The notes below the pieces were generated by a model, which had not been told where the DNA came from, ran no database searches, and worked only from the letters and a program-made list of their open reading frames with translations. From Amoebidium appalachense (taxonomy: Eukaryota > Protista > Ichthyosporea), in contig CAVNZM010000011.1 in assembly GCA_963693365.1 (NCBI GenBank), positions 7,149,921 to 7,213,920 on the forward strand: 64,000 nucleotides of DNA, in the 5' to 3' direction. The translations under genes were made by a program, and so were the position numbers. Positions 42,087-64,000 of this stretch are shown here, piece by piece. Each line of letters starts with the position of its first letter. Position 1 is the first letter of the stretch.

Positions 42087-43793
42087 AATTTCCCATATAT
42101 TAACCTTATATGGTCATGTGGCGGCCGCCGCGGTAATTGTTCTTGTTCTTATCGGATAAGGAGGATGGGGGGGGGGGGGGGGGGTTAGGGAACTTTTTTT
42201 TTTTCCTCGTTTGCTTGCTTTATTAGGGGGGGGGGGGGGGGGGTTCACCCCTTCCCAGGCAAAAGAGGGAGGGAGGAGGGGTGTGCAGTATTCAATCTGA
42301 TAGTTTCTTCATGTTGCTGTATGGTAACTTGGTGGGAGAGGGGGGGGGGGGGGGGTATGAGGCTGTTTTGTAATTACGCTTATGGGTCTCATTTTTGCCT
42401 TTGCTTCCTTTGCTCTCCTTCTTATCGTATGCGCACTAGGTAAAGATCTCTCGCATGCTTCGTTCCTTTACTCTCGATCCTCATTTCTCTCCCTTGAGTT
42501 CGACAGCTTCTACATGCCACCAGAACATACTTTCTGGTGTCAGTAAAACAAAAAAATTATGATGTATTTTTCATGAGTTGTCGGTTTGTGGCACGTAAAG
42601 CCCGTTTCTTTCTTGCCCCCAACAACGTTTCGACTGGTCGTCCTATGCAATCATTATGTTGTTATGGGTGGGTTCAATTGCACTAATTATGTGTCAGGTG
42701 TGCAATTGCAACGCAAACACCAAGGTGTTGCGAATAAAAATCTCGTTCAGAAAGTGTGTGTACACGGAACTGTGATGTTTTTAAAACTCCACCCTCTCAG
42801 TGGCACCAACCCACCCACCCACCCCATCCAATAACCTAACCAATCATTCTTCCCCCCCCTCCCCCCCCCCCTCCCCCCCCCCTCCCCCCCCCCTCCCCCC
42901 TCCCCCCTCCTCTTCCCAGCTTCACCCTAACGAATTTCCCTTTCAAAAAGCACAGCCGCCGTACAGTACGGTTGGTACCCATATGGATCCCACCAATCAT
43001 GATCATATTGAAACCCTGATCGACATGTGCACACAATTATTACCTTGGATGTGTTCCTTAAGTTACCTTCTTACGGTTTCCCTCGTGTGTGTGTACATGT
43101 GCATGCGCACATGCACGGCGTGTGTGCTTCAAATTGCACGTGGCAGTGTACACATAACTTAAGCCCCCCCCCCCCACGCGCGCGAAGGTTGTGACGGCCG
43201 CGGCCGCGGCTAAACTTTAAACCTTCCGAGGAAAATCTTGAGATTGAGGGGAATCATGTACAGTGCAGGTGAGCTGTGATCGATGATATGCATATACATG
43301 TCGGCACCAGGCCAACTTTACTTCGACCCAACAAAATACACATGTTGTCTACATGTAGAAAACGACTTTAAAAGATCCAAAGTGAATATTAAATGTGGAG
43401 ATACACCGTACAAGATTTACATCATTTGTGGGGATACAACAGTTTTCGCGCCCCTCCCCCCCCCCCCCCCCCGCCTCCCCCCCTTTTTTTTTTTTTTTGC
43501 CCCACTCCAGTAACTGTTTCTGCGCATGCGAGACACGCACAGTTTTGGTCTGAGTATATTCTTAGGGGATTTCTTTTTCAACGCGGATTCATGGCCCTCT
43601 CGGGTAAGGAAATCAAGGGGGCGTAAAAGAATTATGACAATGATACTAGTAGGTTGTATGTTGTCATAGCGCATGCCAGAAAGACCTAAATCTAGAGCAA
43701 CGGTTAGACAGCTGCAGTCGGACTCCATGCATCAATGATAAAAATGGCGAAGGTGGTGGTGGTGGTACCGGTGGTGGAAGGGGAAGATCTCTA

Positions 43794-43833
<40 letters not shown>

Positions 43834-44241
43834 CTAGCAGGCCTGGGGGCCGGCCTTTGTATGAAAACTGGATTCACTAGTACTGCACACAATCTGCCAC
43901 TGGTGACTGATACATGACGTCACGAGATGGGCCACACGCATATATAAGTGGCTTTCTAAGGGCCGGTTTCGGTGCCTTTTTCTATGCATGTGACGTTCGC
44001 GCACGTGGCAACATGCATAATTTCCTTCTGCTGCAGGGGACGTATTGCCACTTGGTCAACAGTTACTTCAACCTCGTGTAGTGCAGCTAGGCCCATGTGC
44101 ACGTGCGTGTGTGTGCGTGTGTGCACACGCGTTCGCGTGCGCGCACGGTGTGTGTGTCACAGTGTGTGTGGGTGCGCGTGTGTTTGTGTGTGTGTAGCCC
44201 ATAGGCACGTGTGTGTGCTCGCGCGTGTGTGTGCACACACG

Positions 44242-44272
<31 letters not shown>

Positions 44273-44335
44273 ACATGTGTGTGTCAGTGGTTTTTTTTCT
44301 TCTGGTGGCGGTGGGGGTGGTGTGTGTGTGTGTGT

Positions 44336-44374
<39 letters not shown>

Positions 44375-44639
44375 GGGGGGATGTATGAGTGGGCACACAA
44401 GCATTCCTATATGATCATGAGTGGCTCACACATATCTTTGTGTATACCCCCCCCCCCCCCAAAAAAAAAAAAAACAAAACAAAAAAAAAAAACCACCTCA
44501 TGTGCGCCCACATAGCTGTGCTTAATTGTTTTTTATTGTTTTGAGGCAGGGGGCGGCAACGGTCACACATCGTAGAGACAAAATTGAGCCCTTCAAACAC
44601 ATGCACACGGGTATGCGCAGTGGATATCTGGCGACTTTA

Positions 44640-44925
44640 TTATGAGCCCTTGTTGCCTCGGAAGCGATTCCTCATATCAAGCTGCAAAAAAAAAAACAAA
44701 CAAAAAAAAAAAACATCACTTCTGGTTAGAGTACGCTCCCAGATGAAGACGATAGGGGGGTAAGCAAATAATGCGGATTTGATTGGTGACTCAAGCAAGT
44801 GGAAAAATAAAAAAACACATAGAGCGGAACCAAAAGTGGCGTGTATGTGTGCATGTGCGTGCATGTGTGTGTGTGTGTGTGTGGTGGGGGTGGGAGGCGC
44901 GCATGCGCGTGTGTGTTGTGTTGTG

Positions 44926-45014
<89 letters not shown>

Positions 45015-45023
45015 TGTGTATGT

Positions 45024-45072
<49 letters not shown>

Positions 45073-45640
45073 TGGTTGGGGGAGGGAGGAGGGAAGGGGG
45101 CGGGGGGAGGGGCAATGTGTTATAGAGTGCCAAGTACGAATTTGATATGGACACCACGATGCAGAGTGCAAACCACCCTCTCCCCCCTCCCCCCCCTACA
45201 TAATATGCAGGAGTGGGCGGGATGCCGGGTCGACTGCTAATCTACACGGAGTTGAAAGCACGTGCAGAGAAATAGGGAACAGGGAACGGGCGGAGAGGGG
45301 TGGAGAAGGGGGGGGGGGAGAGAGAGAGAGACCAGCAAACAGAGAGAGAGGAAAAAAAAAAGGCAGTAAGGATCAACCAAAGAGATATTTCATGGTGGTT
45401 ATGGTGTGTGCATGTTTGTGCTCACACGTGCAGTCTTCCGAAAGAATATGTATTTGTGTGTACCCGCTTGTGCCTGTTTTTACCCGCCACAAGTGTGTGT
45501 TTGCAAGTCTTAGCGTACATTCCCCCCTCCCCCCCGACACACACATCTCTCCCACTCTCCCTCTCCGTGTTTTTGCGTGTTTTTCTTTGCGAATGTGTGT
45601 GTGTGTGTGTGGCTGCATGCGTAGCCAAGCGTGCCCACCT

Positions 45641-45671
<31 letters not shown>

Positions 45672-46430
45672 TCCTCACCACTTTTTCACCGTGCTTGTGT
45701 GTTCGTTCTAGTTGTGTAATTTTTCAATTTTTCGTGCCACTGTGTGCCTGTGCCGCAATGTATCTCATGTATGTGTGCGTGTGTGTGTATTTGTGTATGT
45801 GTGCATGTGTGTATGTGTGTGTGTGTGTGTGTGCGTGTGCGTGCATTTGCGTGTACTTGTGTGTGTGAGTGCGTGTCTGTGTCTTTACCGATGTGTGTAC
45901 GTGTCTCTCTCTCGATTTCTCCCTTCCCCCCCCTCCCCCCCTCTTTCTATCTGTGTGTGCATTTGTATTTGTGTACACCTGGTTAACTGTACTAATGTGC
46001 ATGGGTGCCAACATGTGTGTGGGGGGGCGCACATGTGCTTGCACACACTACTGCACCCTACACAAACCTTCATCGTTAAGGCACACACACCCTACACACA
46101 TACACACACACACAACAACCTCCCCTCCCCCCTCCCCCTCCTCCCCCTGCCCCCCCCCCCCTCCCCCCCTTCCCCGTCCCCCCTCCCCCTCCCCCCCCCC
46201 CCTTCCCCCTCCCCCCCCCCCTCCCCCAACACCAAACTACACACACACGAGGTTCCAAGAGCAAACCATGCACCCACCTGTCCTCTCCTGCACTCAAAAA
46301 ATGCCGTTCTTAGCGACTGGCATTCGGGGACTTCCTTCAAGCATTCCTGCGCCTTCTTCCCTTCCTTTTTCATGCACTCGGAGGCAAGCAGACACTCTGC
46401 TAGCTGCTCACGGAGATTCTTGCACGACAT
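44640..46430 (-). CDS. COA5: Cytochrome c oxidase assembly factor 5 (PET191 family twin-Cys protein), 64 aa; exons 46430-46278 and 44681-44640
   Basis: MSCKNLREQLAECLLASECMKKEGKKAQECLKEVPECQSLRTAFFECRRGQ|LDMRNRFRGNKGS*; Cys spacing and the LDMRxRFRG tail are typical of PET191/COA5. Confidence 0.92.
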
Positions 46431-46685
46431 TTTCCCCGGTTTTTTCCCTTCCAGTATTCGATTTGTCCCTGCACCCCATCCATTAGCATCAGCCTTATTA
46501 TCCTTAGTGCTGGATGCAAAGCCTACAGACTTGCAACTTTGGATCGTATCTCGCTTTGTAAGGAAGCACGCAGCCCGCCTACCGAACTGGAAATGCACCT
46601 TTGGATGGTACTGTAAAACGATAGAGGGCATACATACATGGTGAAGGGAGCAAGTGCACTCATGGAAATCTTTGGCAGGACGTGC

Positions 46686-46725
<40 letters not shown>

Positions 46726-46884
46726 CCCCCACCCCTTCTCCCGGGGCCCACAATTTATCCTTTCTGCCCCATCCCTCTTCCTCCCCCCACCCCGGCCCCC
46801 CCATTTTCTCCTTTTTGCCCCCGCCCCCCTCCCCCCCCCCCCCCCCCCCCCCCCCCGGCAAAAAAAACAAACAGAAAAAAAAAA

Positions 46885-46915
<31 letters not shown>

Positions 46916-47021
46916 CATACACCCACACAGAAACACAAAACACACACACAAAACACACCGTGGCACAGACACACATGTGCGCGCGCGCACACACACATGC
47001 ACGCATACACGCACACATGCA

Positions 47022-47082
<61 letters not shown>

Positions 47083-47315
47083 AAACACACACCCTTCTCT
47101 GCCCAGAACTGCAGGCATTCGCCCTATGATAGAGTGCACGAGAATGCAGGGGGGGGGGGGGGGGGGGGGTGAAGGCCTGCGTGTTGTTAAATTGGCTCCC
47201 CCTCCCCCCCCCCCTCCCCCCGCCCCGAAAAAAAAAGAAAAGAAAATAAAACAGATAAAATGTAATAAGAAAGCAAAGAAAAGCCCCCCCCCCCCCACCC
47301 ACACACATATACACA

Positions 47316-47360
<45 letters not shown>

Positions 47361-48270
47361 TTGCCCATCGCTCCCTCCCTCTTTCTCTGTTTTCCTCCCT
47401 CTCTCTGTGCCTCTCTTTAAGTCCCTCTCTCACACACTCTCTTTCTCTCTCTCCTTCTCTCTCTCATCACCTGTCTCCCCTGAACCTCTCTCTTTCCGCC
47501 ACCCCGCCCCCCCTCCCTATCCCTCTGAGTGTCCCTCGTCTGTCTCCTTCCTCCCTCTCCCTCCCTCCCTCCCTCCCTCCCTCCCCCGCCCCCTCCCCCT
47601 TCCCCCCTCCTTCTTCCCCCCCCCCCCTCCCCCCCTCCCCCCCTCCAACCCCTTCCCCCCCTGATTTCCCGACAACCTTCTCCTTACTCTACTCACTCTA
47701 CAAAAGGAACTGGAGGCTATTGAACTATAAAGCACACCTTTTCTCTCCAGATGCGTATCAGTGCTCTGTAGCAGTCAGTTCAAGTGTGTTGAGGAGTATG
47801 TGTCAAAGGTCTGGTTCCTGTGTTGTAGATGCGTACAACCTTGCTTCTGCTTTCAACTACACACACACAGCTAACACCAGTGTACAATTTAACAAAGGAT
47901 AGAAATACTTGAAGCTGTATACGTCTACTGTCATAAAACCAACGTTGCGCGTCACAATCTTTGACGCCCACGCCCACACAGCACGGCACACAGCCCCCTA
48001 AACTTAGTATATGGGGATGCGTGACATTTACCGCAATTGATTGGCTAAAAATGCACCCGCTGGAATGTGAAAGCACATTTCACGTGGTCTGTGGTGGTGT
48101 AAACTGTGTGTGTACTTTGCTGGGCAGTGTGTCTGAGCGTGAAGTGACTTCACATTTCCTGTTACAGACGTTTCCTTGATAGAAAGCTGCGCTGGGGGGC
48201 CGCTCAGCGAAGAAGCTCTTGAGGCATTTCACAATAAATAAGTTGTGCGTTTCCTTTTCGGGCTGACAAA

Positions 48271-48571
48271 ATGGCTTCTGAAGATGACCAAAAGAGTACA
48301 CCGGTGTTGAGTCTCGAGAAGGTGAGCGTCGTGGTCTATATACAATCCACATCTTCCCCTCCCCCCCAACTCCCCCTCCCCCCCTCCAGTCTCCCCTCCC
48401 CCCTTTTCCTCCGCCCCCTTCTCACCCTGCTCTATCCCTCCTCCCCTGTGTAATAGCAACCCCCTTCCCTGTGCCCATGACAGCTTTATAACCGTCCTTG
48501 CTGTTTGAATTTCTATTCGCTCATGCCCTACCCATTTTTTTTGCCTTCACATGGTCCGCGCCCATCCAAAC

Positions 48572-48602
<31 letters not shown>

Positions 48603-49169
48603 GGGGAACCACATACACACACACACTTGTATGCACATTTACACACACACAAACACACACACACACACACACGCATACAAACATGAAACTTTTTGTGATC
48701 CTTTTGTCACAACCTTTTCTCTTTGCATTTGCATTACCAACAAGTAACCTCTCCTCATCCCCGCCCCCCTCCCCCCCCCCCTTCCCCCTCCTTCCCTTCC
48801 CCCCCCACTCCTGGCCCTGCGAAACCAACAGAACGGCACGGAAAATGCGCTTGCAGCAGCCAAGAAAGTGCTTCTGGAGGGAGGGGTGGTGGCCATACCC
48901 ACAGACACCGTCTATGGCGTGGCCTGCCTGGCAAAGGTGTGTGACACCCCCTCCCCCCCCCCCCCTCCCCCCTCCCCCCTCTACACACACACTTGCACCC
49001 ACCCACCCACCCACCCACCCCTTTGCTGTGCCCCACACTGCCTTTAATGGCTTTGTCGTTTCTGTTGGTTTTCCGTGAACATGGGTTGCAAGTGTGACAA
49101 AATTAGTCCGAAGGAGTTTGGGAGGTGTTTTTCCTTTTCTTTCTTTTCCTTTTTTTCTTTTACTTTCTG

Positions 49170-49206
<37 letters not shown>

Positions 49207-49313
49207 GTGGTGGTGGTGGTGGTGGTGGTGGTGAAGGTGGGTGGGTGGGTGGTGGTGGTGGTGGTGGTGGTGGTGGTGGTGGTGGTGGTGGTGGTGGTGG
49301 TGGTGGTGGTGGT

Positions 49314-49347
<34 letters not shown>

Positions 49348-49902
49348 GGGGTAAACCTTCTAGTTGGTAGTTTCAAATAGCGCAGAGGCAGGGTTGTCGA
49401 GAGATAGGTGATCGATTTAGGCAGAAAAGGGGACTGCGGCGGACATAGGTAGTGGGTGAGAGGATATACTGGGTGGGGACAGAAGGTGCCTAACATCCTT
49501 TAGTTTTCTGACTAACTTATTCCTTCACTTTCCTACAGTCTTCCCTACTTTGTTATCATTACTACTACTGCCATTATTGTTATTATTATGATTATTTAAT
49601 TTTTGTTTTCTTTTTTTCTTTCTTTTTTTCTTTTGTTTGGAGGTGGGGGGGGGGGGGGGGGGGGGGGGGGTTCCAGGAAAAGCATGGACGGGCAAGGTGT
49701 AAGGGAAAAGACAGACTGATGTTTCAATTGCACGTGTGAAAAGACGGGGGGAGCAGTGTTCAGAGGAGTACAAAGGAACTGACAGGGGTTGTGAGAAACA
49801 CCGGGAGGAGGGGGGGGGGGGGGGGGGGATTGTGAAGGGGTTTGGGGCTGGAGGGGGGAAGGGGTGTGAGGGGTGGAGTGGGTGGGTGGGTGGGTGGTGT
49901 GT

Positions 49903-49933
<31 letters not shown>

Positions 49934-50186
49934 GGGGGGGGGTTGATTTTGAAGGGGTTGAGGGCTGGTGGGGGCGAGATGGAGGGGGGAGGGGGGTGGT
50001 GGTGGTGGGGGGGGAGAGGAAGGGGGGATATGGATGGTGGCAAATCAGGGAGTTTTAATGGAGCAGCATTGAGTCGTGTTATGCTTGCGTGGGTGTCGGC
50101 GGGAATGTTGGAATTTAGATATGGTGTACGAGTTTGTCAATTGATTTACCATTATGTTTTGGGCCGGGCGCTGGGGGGGGGGGGCA

Positions 50187-50226
<40 letters not shown>

Positions 50227-52005
50227 TGGTGGTGGTGGTGGTGGTGGTGGTGGTGGTGGTGGTGGGGGGGGGGGGGGGGGGGGGGAGAAGGGGGGTGATT
50301 TCATTGTGTTTTCTGTCGTGAATGTGTACTTCTGTCTCTCTGTAGCACTTCCCCCCCCCCGCCCCCTCTTTTCTTCTTTCATCCTATTTAATTGTACTCT
50401 TATATCTGTTTTAGATATTTTAGTTTTACATTTGTTTTTCATGCAGATGGGCACTGGTGTGCGTCATCTGTACGAGTCCAAAGGAAGGCACTTCCACAAG
50501 CCGGTGGCCATATGTGTGCGCACGATTGAGTGCATAGCCAAACACGCAAAGGTGAGGGTTATGTCAACACCGTTTGTACTGTTTTAATTTTTTTTGAAAT
50601 AAAGATTCTCGGTTTTTTTTTTTTTTTTTTTTTTTTTTGTGGTGGTGGTGGTGGTGGTGGTGGTGGGCAGGGGGGAGGGGGGGGAAGGGGGGGGGGGGGG
50701 GGGGGGGGGGGGGGCTGCTTTTACCTATAATTATAATATGGGAGTTGGGAGTGTTGGTGTTCGTGGTACTGGCTATGTGCATTGGGGGGGGAGGAGGGGG
50801 CGGGGGGGGGGCGATGGGAGAACTTATCTAGACTCTACAAATTGTGTTACAGCTCTGGTGTAAGGAGATGCGCGAGGGGATGAGTGACGGTGTGTAATCA
50901 ATCATTTTTTAGATCAATCAACTTACGAAACACGATAAAACTGTTCAATTTTTTTATTATATATTATATTATTTATTTACTTATTTATTTATGCAGGTCA
51001 ATGTATCGGATGCTCTTCTCCGAGACCTCCTACCGGGGCCGGTCACGGTCATGTTTGAGCGCACAGAGCAGATTAGCCCCGATTTGAACCCTGGGGCTGG
51101 GCTGGTGGGTGTGCGCATCCCCGACAACACTTTCGGTACGTGTTTCTGTGTGTGTCTTTAGATTTGTTTTTGTCCTGTAGCTGTTCTGTTCTTTTCTTTT
51201 CTTTTCTTTTTTTTTTTGTTTTGTCCTGTAGTTGTTCTTTTCTTTTCTTTTCTTTTTCTTTTTTCTTTCCTTCTTTTTTTTTCTTCTTTTTTTTTCCCTT
51301 TCTTTCTTCTTTTTTTTTTTTTTGTTTGTTTGTTTGGCTTTTGTTTTTGTTGATGCTTTGCTTTTGTTTTTAATATTTTTGTTTCTATTGGTTTCTGTCA
51401 TAAGAAATTTCTCTCGCTTCCTTCCTCTCACCCATAATCTTTTCTTCAGTTTACACTTCTTAACCCCCCCCTACCCCCCCCCCCCCCCCACCCCCCCCCT
51501 CCCCGCCCTCCTCCCCCCCCTCCCTCCCTCCCCAACCCCGCGCCAAAAAAAAAAAAAAAAAAAAAGAAAGAAAGAAAAAGAAAAAAGGACCCCACAGGAC
51601 CACCGCACATCACGGATGCCATATCCCTCCTTTTTCTTAAGATGTCTTTCTTTCTTTCTTCTTTTTTTTTTGTCTGCAGTGAGCTAGCTAGTGGAGTCTG
51701 TAGGGTTCATGTTAAGATTTCTGTTTTTTTTTTGTTTTTTTTTTGCAGTGAGTCAGCTAGTGGAGTCTGTAGGAGATGAGCCCCTGGCTCTGACCAGCGC
51801 TAACCGCAGCACAGAGGCAAGCTCCCTGTCTATAGAGGTGGGTGTGCCCCAACAAATGGATCCCCCCCCCCCCCCCCCCCCCCCCCCCCTCGGAAACTGC
51901 CCCTTTTCCCCTCCCCCCCCCCCCCCCCCCCCCCCCCCCCGTGTGTGTGGGTTAACGAGAATAGTATTTCTTCTTTCTCTTTTTCTTTTTCTTTTCTTTC
52001 CTTCT

Positions 52006-52045
<40 letters not shown>

Positions 52046-52363
52046 ACCCCAATCCAAATTGTGTCCTGGTCTCCCCCATTTTCTTTGATGCTTTGAGTCT
52101 TCATTTCCCTCTCCCTTTCTATGTACTGCTTTGTAATAACTTATACCAAGTGCCCACATCCATTCCACCTACACCTTTTTTTTTTTTTTTTTTTTGGACA
52201 CCTTTCTTTTTTCAATCCAGGATTTTCGCAACATGTGGGGTTCCATTGGCTGTGTGGTGGATGCGGGGGTTCTTGGGGGCAGTGAGCACATGCGCCTTGG
52301 CTCGACTGTTGTGGACCTGTCGGTGGAGGGCAAATACACAATCGTGAGGGATGGATCGTACGT

Positions 52364-52396
<33 letters not shown>

Positions 52397-52501
52397 CCTG
52401 CTCACATAGGCACATACACGGGCATACCCCATGACACACACACGTACTACACATGCACACATGCACATCCACACGCGCACACACATGGACGCACACACGT
52501 T

Positions 52502-52588
<87 letters not shown>

Positions 52589-52590
52589 GA

Positions 52591-52627
<37 letters not shown>

Positions 52628-52806
52628 ACACACACACAAATACACAGGCATACACCCACACACGAACGCCCCCACACGCGTGGGCTTGGGCGTGCGTGTG
52701 CACACGAACATGCACATATACAAGCACACACATACACAAAGACACAGACAGACACAGACACAGACACACAGGCAACTATACACTCACGCACGCACGCACA
52801 CGCGCG

Positions 52807-52861
<55 letters not shown>

Positions 52862-53457
52862 ACAGACACACACGCACAAGTACGTCTGTTTTTACTTCTG
52901 TTTTGTTTTTTGGTGTCTGTCTTGTATCTCTATTTCATTAAATTATTCTTGATGATGTTGGTTTTATGTTTGCCACCCTCCTACCCTCTTTTCTCAAATT
53001 TCACTTATCTCTCTGGGACACTCATTGCACATGCGTTAGCAACTCGATTTTGTGTTGTTTTTTCTTGTTTTTTGGTTTCATGCTTCTGCGTAGCTGCTGC
53101 AAATTTCTTGCACCAGCCAGAGTAACTCATGTGACATATCCCAACTCTTATATCATATGCCAGCCAATATATTTTATTTTAACTGATATCTCATATTTAC
53201 TATTACTCTACTCATATCTCATATCTCATATCCCACGTCATATCATTTCCCAACTCATATGTTATATAACAACTAATATGTTTTATCTTATCTCGTATCT
53301 CATATCCCAACTCATATCTCATATCCCAACTCATATCTCATATCCCAACTCATATCTCATATCCCAACTCATATCTTGTATATCTCCAGGGCACTCAAGC
53401 AGACGGTTGAAATTCTTCACCGCCACGCACTCGTCGAGGCACCAAAATCAGATGAGG
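48271..53457 (+). CDS. YRDC: YrdC/Sua5/TsaC threonylcarbamoyl-AMP synthase domain (N-terminal half of the probable fusion); exons 48271-48321, 48832-48936, 50447-50551, 50997-51135, 51749-51837, 52221-52357, 53390-53457
   Basis: [63 protein letters not shown]; phases consistent; no stop codon at the end of the domain. Confidence 0.92.
53299..53377 (+). repeat. 19-bp minisatellite (catatcccaactcatatct) x4, with degenerate copies back to ~53125, abutting the 3' splice site at 53389
   Basis: Read directly. Confidence 0.85.
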
Positions 53458-53511
53458 GCATGTCATTTTATCCCCCGTCTCCTCCATCTTTCCAACCCTC
53501 TAAAGCATATA

Positions 53512-53542
<31 letters not shown>

Positions 53543-54001
53543 TCCCTTCTTCCCTTCCTCTCCCTTTGGCTCCTCCCCCCTCCCTCCCCCCCTTTCTTCA
53601 TTTCTCCGTACTTTTTATTATCCGATCTCTCCCTGCTCTCTCCCCGTTTAACTCATTGTGTCCACGGGACAAGAGGTGTGTGTGTGTGTGTGGCGGCGGA
53701 AAGAGGGGAGGGGGAGGGAAGTGGTTGAGAGGATACAGGGAAACGGCACCCCGGAGAAGGATGGGGGAGGAGGTGGGGGGCTGGAGATGGGAATGGGGGG
53801 GGAGGGGGAGGGGAAGGGGGCGGGGAGGGGGGGAGGAGGGCGGCGGGGGGAGTGGGGGAGGGGGGGGGAGGAGGGTATGGATTCGGAGACGGATTCGGGT
53901 AGATTGGGGTGGGGGAGAGGGAGTGAGGGGGATCTGTGTGTTGAGTGGGATGGGGGAGGAAAAATGAGGGGACCCGGATATCCTAACTTGGGAATTTACA
54001 G

Positions 54002-61718
<7,717 letters not shown>

Positions 61719-62318
61719 TTGGCCCTTCTGATAATATATATAATTTAGTTTTGCTATTTTATGACCAACCCTCACAATTCATGCCACAGAAAAAACGTTG
61801 TTTTTTAATCACCTCATTTTGACAAAAAAAAAAAAAAAACTCCAACTCCTACTATGGTGCGGAGTAGCGGCTGATTCGGAGAGCCATTCTAGCCAATAAT
61901 ATGAAGTAATCGAATGCGAGCTCAGCCAATGGAATCTTTGGATAGTTGTGGCTCAAGCCTCAAGCCAATCAGGGGTGATTAATCCTGGGTTGTTGTTCCA
62001 CATTCTTCGTGGCCGTGTGAATCCCCAGGGGTCTGTGGCTCATGGGATATAAATAGCACGACTGACTGGCTCAGTCCTTTGCTCAAAGGTGGGGTAAAGG
62101 GGTTTTTTCTAGGTCGATTTATATAGCACGTTTCGAGTCAGGCCAAAATGCTGGTTTGATGCGCAATCTGGGCAATGATAAAGCATTAACCTCTTTCGGG
62201 TCTGACCCGACCGGATCCTTAAAAAGAAGGCCCCTTAAAATGCGACTGCATTTTTATAGATGGTGTAGACTGTCGTGACTGTGTACAAGCTTGTTTCGTG
62301 TGTGTGTATGCATGTGCA

Positions 62319-62350
<32 letters not shown>

Positions 62351-62494
62351 GTAAGGAATGAGGGCACTAATGAGCCCGAGGACTAGTACTAGTATGCACG
62401 TGGGAAAGGGAAGTTGAGGAGGGGATTTAATTGCAATGCCAGGTGTGTGTGTGTGTGTGGCGGTGGTTAAGGTGCGAGTGTGTGCACAAGTGGT

Positions 62495-62544
<50 letters not shown>

Positions 62545-62639
62545 AGGGGGGGGGGGGGGGGGGGGGGGGGATCACGGACGCGATGGATGTCCAACAATTT
62601 GAAGACCGTTTTATTTGCAATCGATCAGAACCATCACAC

Positions 62640-62676
<37 letters not shown>

Positions 62677-63096
62677 CCACATGTACACCCACCCATGGCC
62701 ACCCTCTTTGAGTTGTCGTTTGTGCGAACCTGGCTTTCTTGGGAATTTCATGTAGCATACACATAACACATAAAGTATCTCAAATCAAACCTCTACATGG
62801 GCATTAGTACACACCGAGCAGCAAAAATTCGTCAAACATACATATGTACATGCAGCCAAATGATTGGTTTATGGGCAACCCCCCAGAGCATTCACTGCGA
62901 GACTCACATGTACACGAGCCCTACTTTCATACATACACACCAATAAACATTTTTCAAGTAGTCCATATGTGTTATTTCTTTCGTTCCATATTCATCCATG
63001 ACCTTTAACTTTGAGCGAAACAGTGGGTGGGGGCAGGTGCGTGTTCGCAACGATGCGATTGGTGCAGGGACAGCCAATCACGTGCATTTGCTGACG

Positions 63097-63897
<801 letters not shown>

Positions 63898-64000
63898 CTG
63901 TGGGCATAGAGATATTGTCTGTGATTAGTCAATGAATATATAAGGTGTATGATACGAGATAACACACACACGCATGCATACGCATACATGCGCACACGCA

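Noticed and set aside
46431-46610. 60-codon open frame upstream of and in frame with the COA5 ATG
   Set aside because: No ATG after the acceptor at 46611, and the upstream exon candidate (donor at 47738) has an in-frame stop; the family starts at MSC, so this is treated as 5' UTR
53458-53462. GT donor at 53462 (AT|gtcatt) as the YRDC-ENOPH1 junction
   Set aside because: Phase 2 gives ATG GTC GTT TAG at the 54002 acceptor, out of frame with ENOPH1

Overview
Intron-rich eukaryotic genomic DNA. The animal-like gene set and divergent sequences suggest a unicellular holozoan such as an ichthyosporean (inference only). Almost all ORFs in the supplied track are artefacts of (CA)n/(GT)n and poly-C/poly-G tracts. 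Splicing the complex islands by hand with phase checking gives, in order: the 3' end of an unidentified gene (+), HAUS6/augmin subunit 6 (+), BRAT1 (+), the pseudophosphatase STYX (-), mitoribosomal uL24m/MRPL24 (+), COA5/PET191 (-), YRDC/Sua5 and enolase-phosphatase E1 (+), and the 3' end of COMMD4 (-). Most notable observations: (1) YRDC and ENOPH1 appear to form one ~519-aa fusion ORF joined in phase by a GC-AG intron; (2) a dispersed, 5'-truncated retroelement-like family ends in poly-C rather than poly-A and stacks into C-tracts; (3) introns show a recurrent grammar of a C-run just after the donor and (CA)n abutting the acceptor; (4) a STYX exon-end duplicate carries only third-codon-position changes. 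Protein identities come from recalled family motifs, not database searches.
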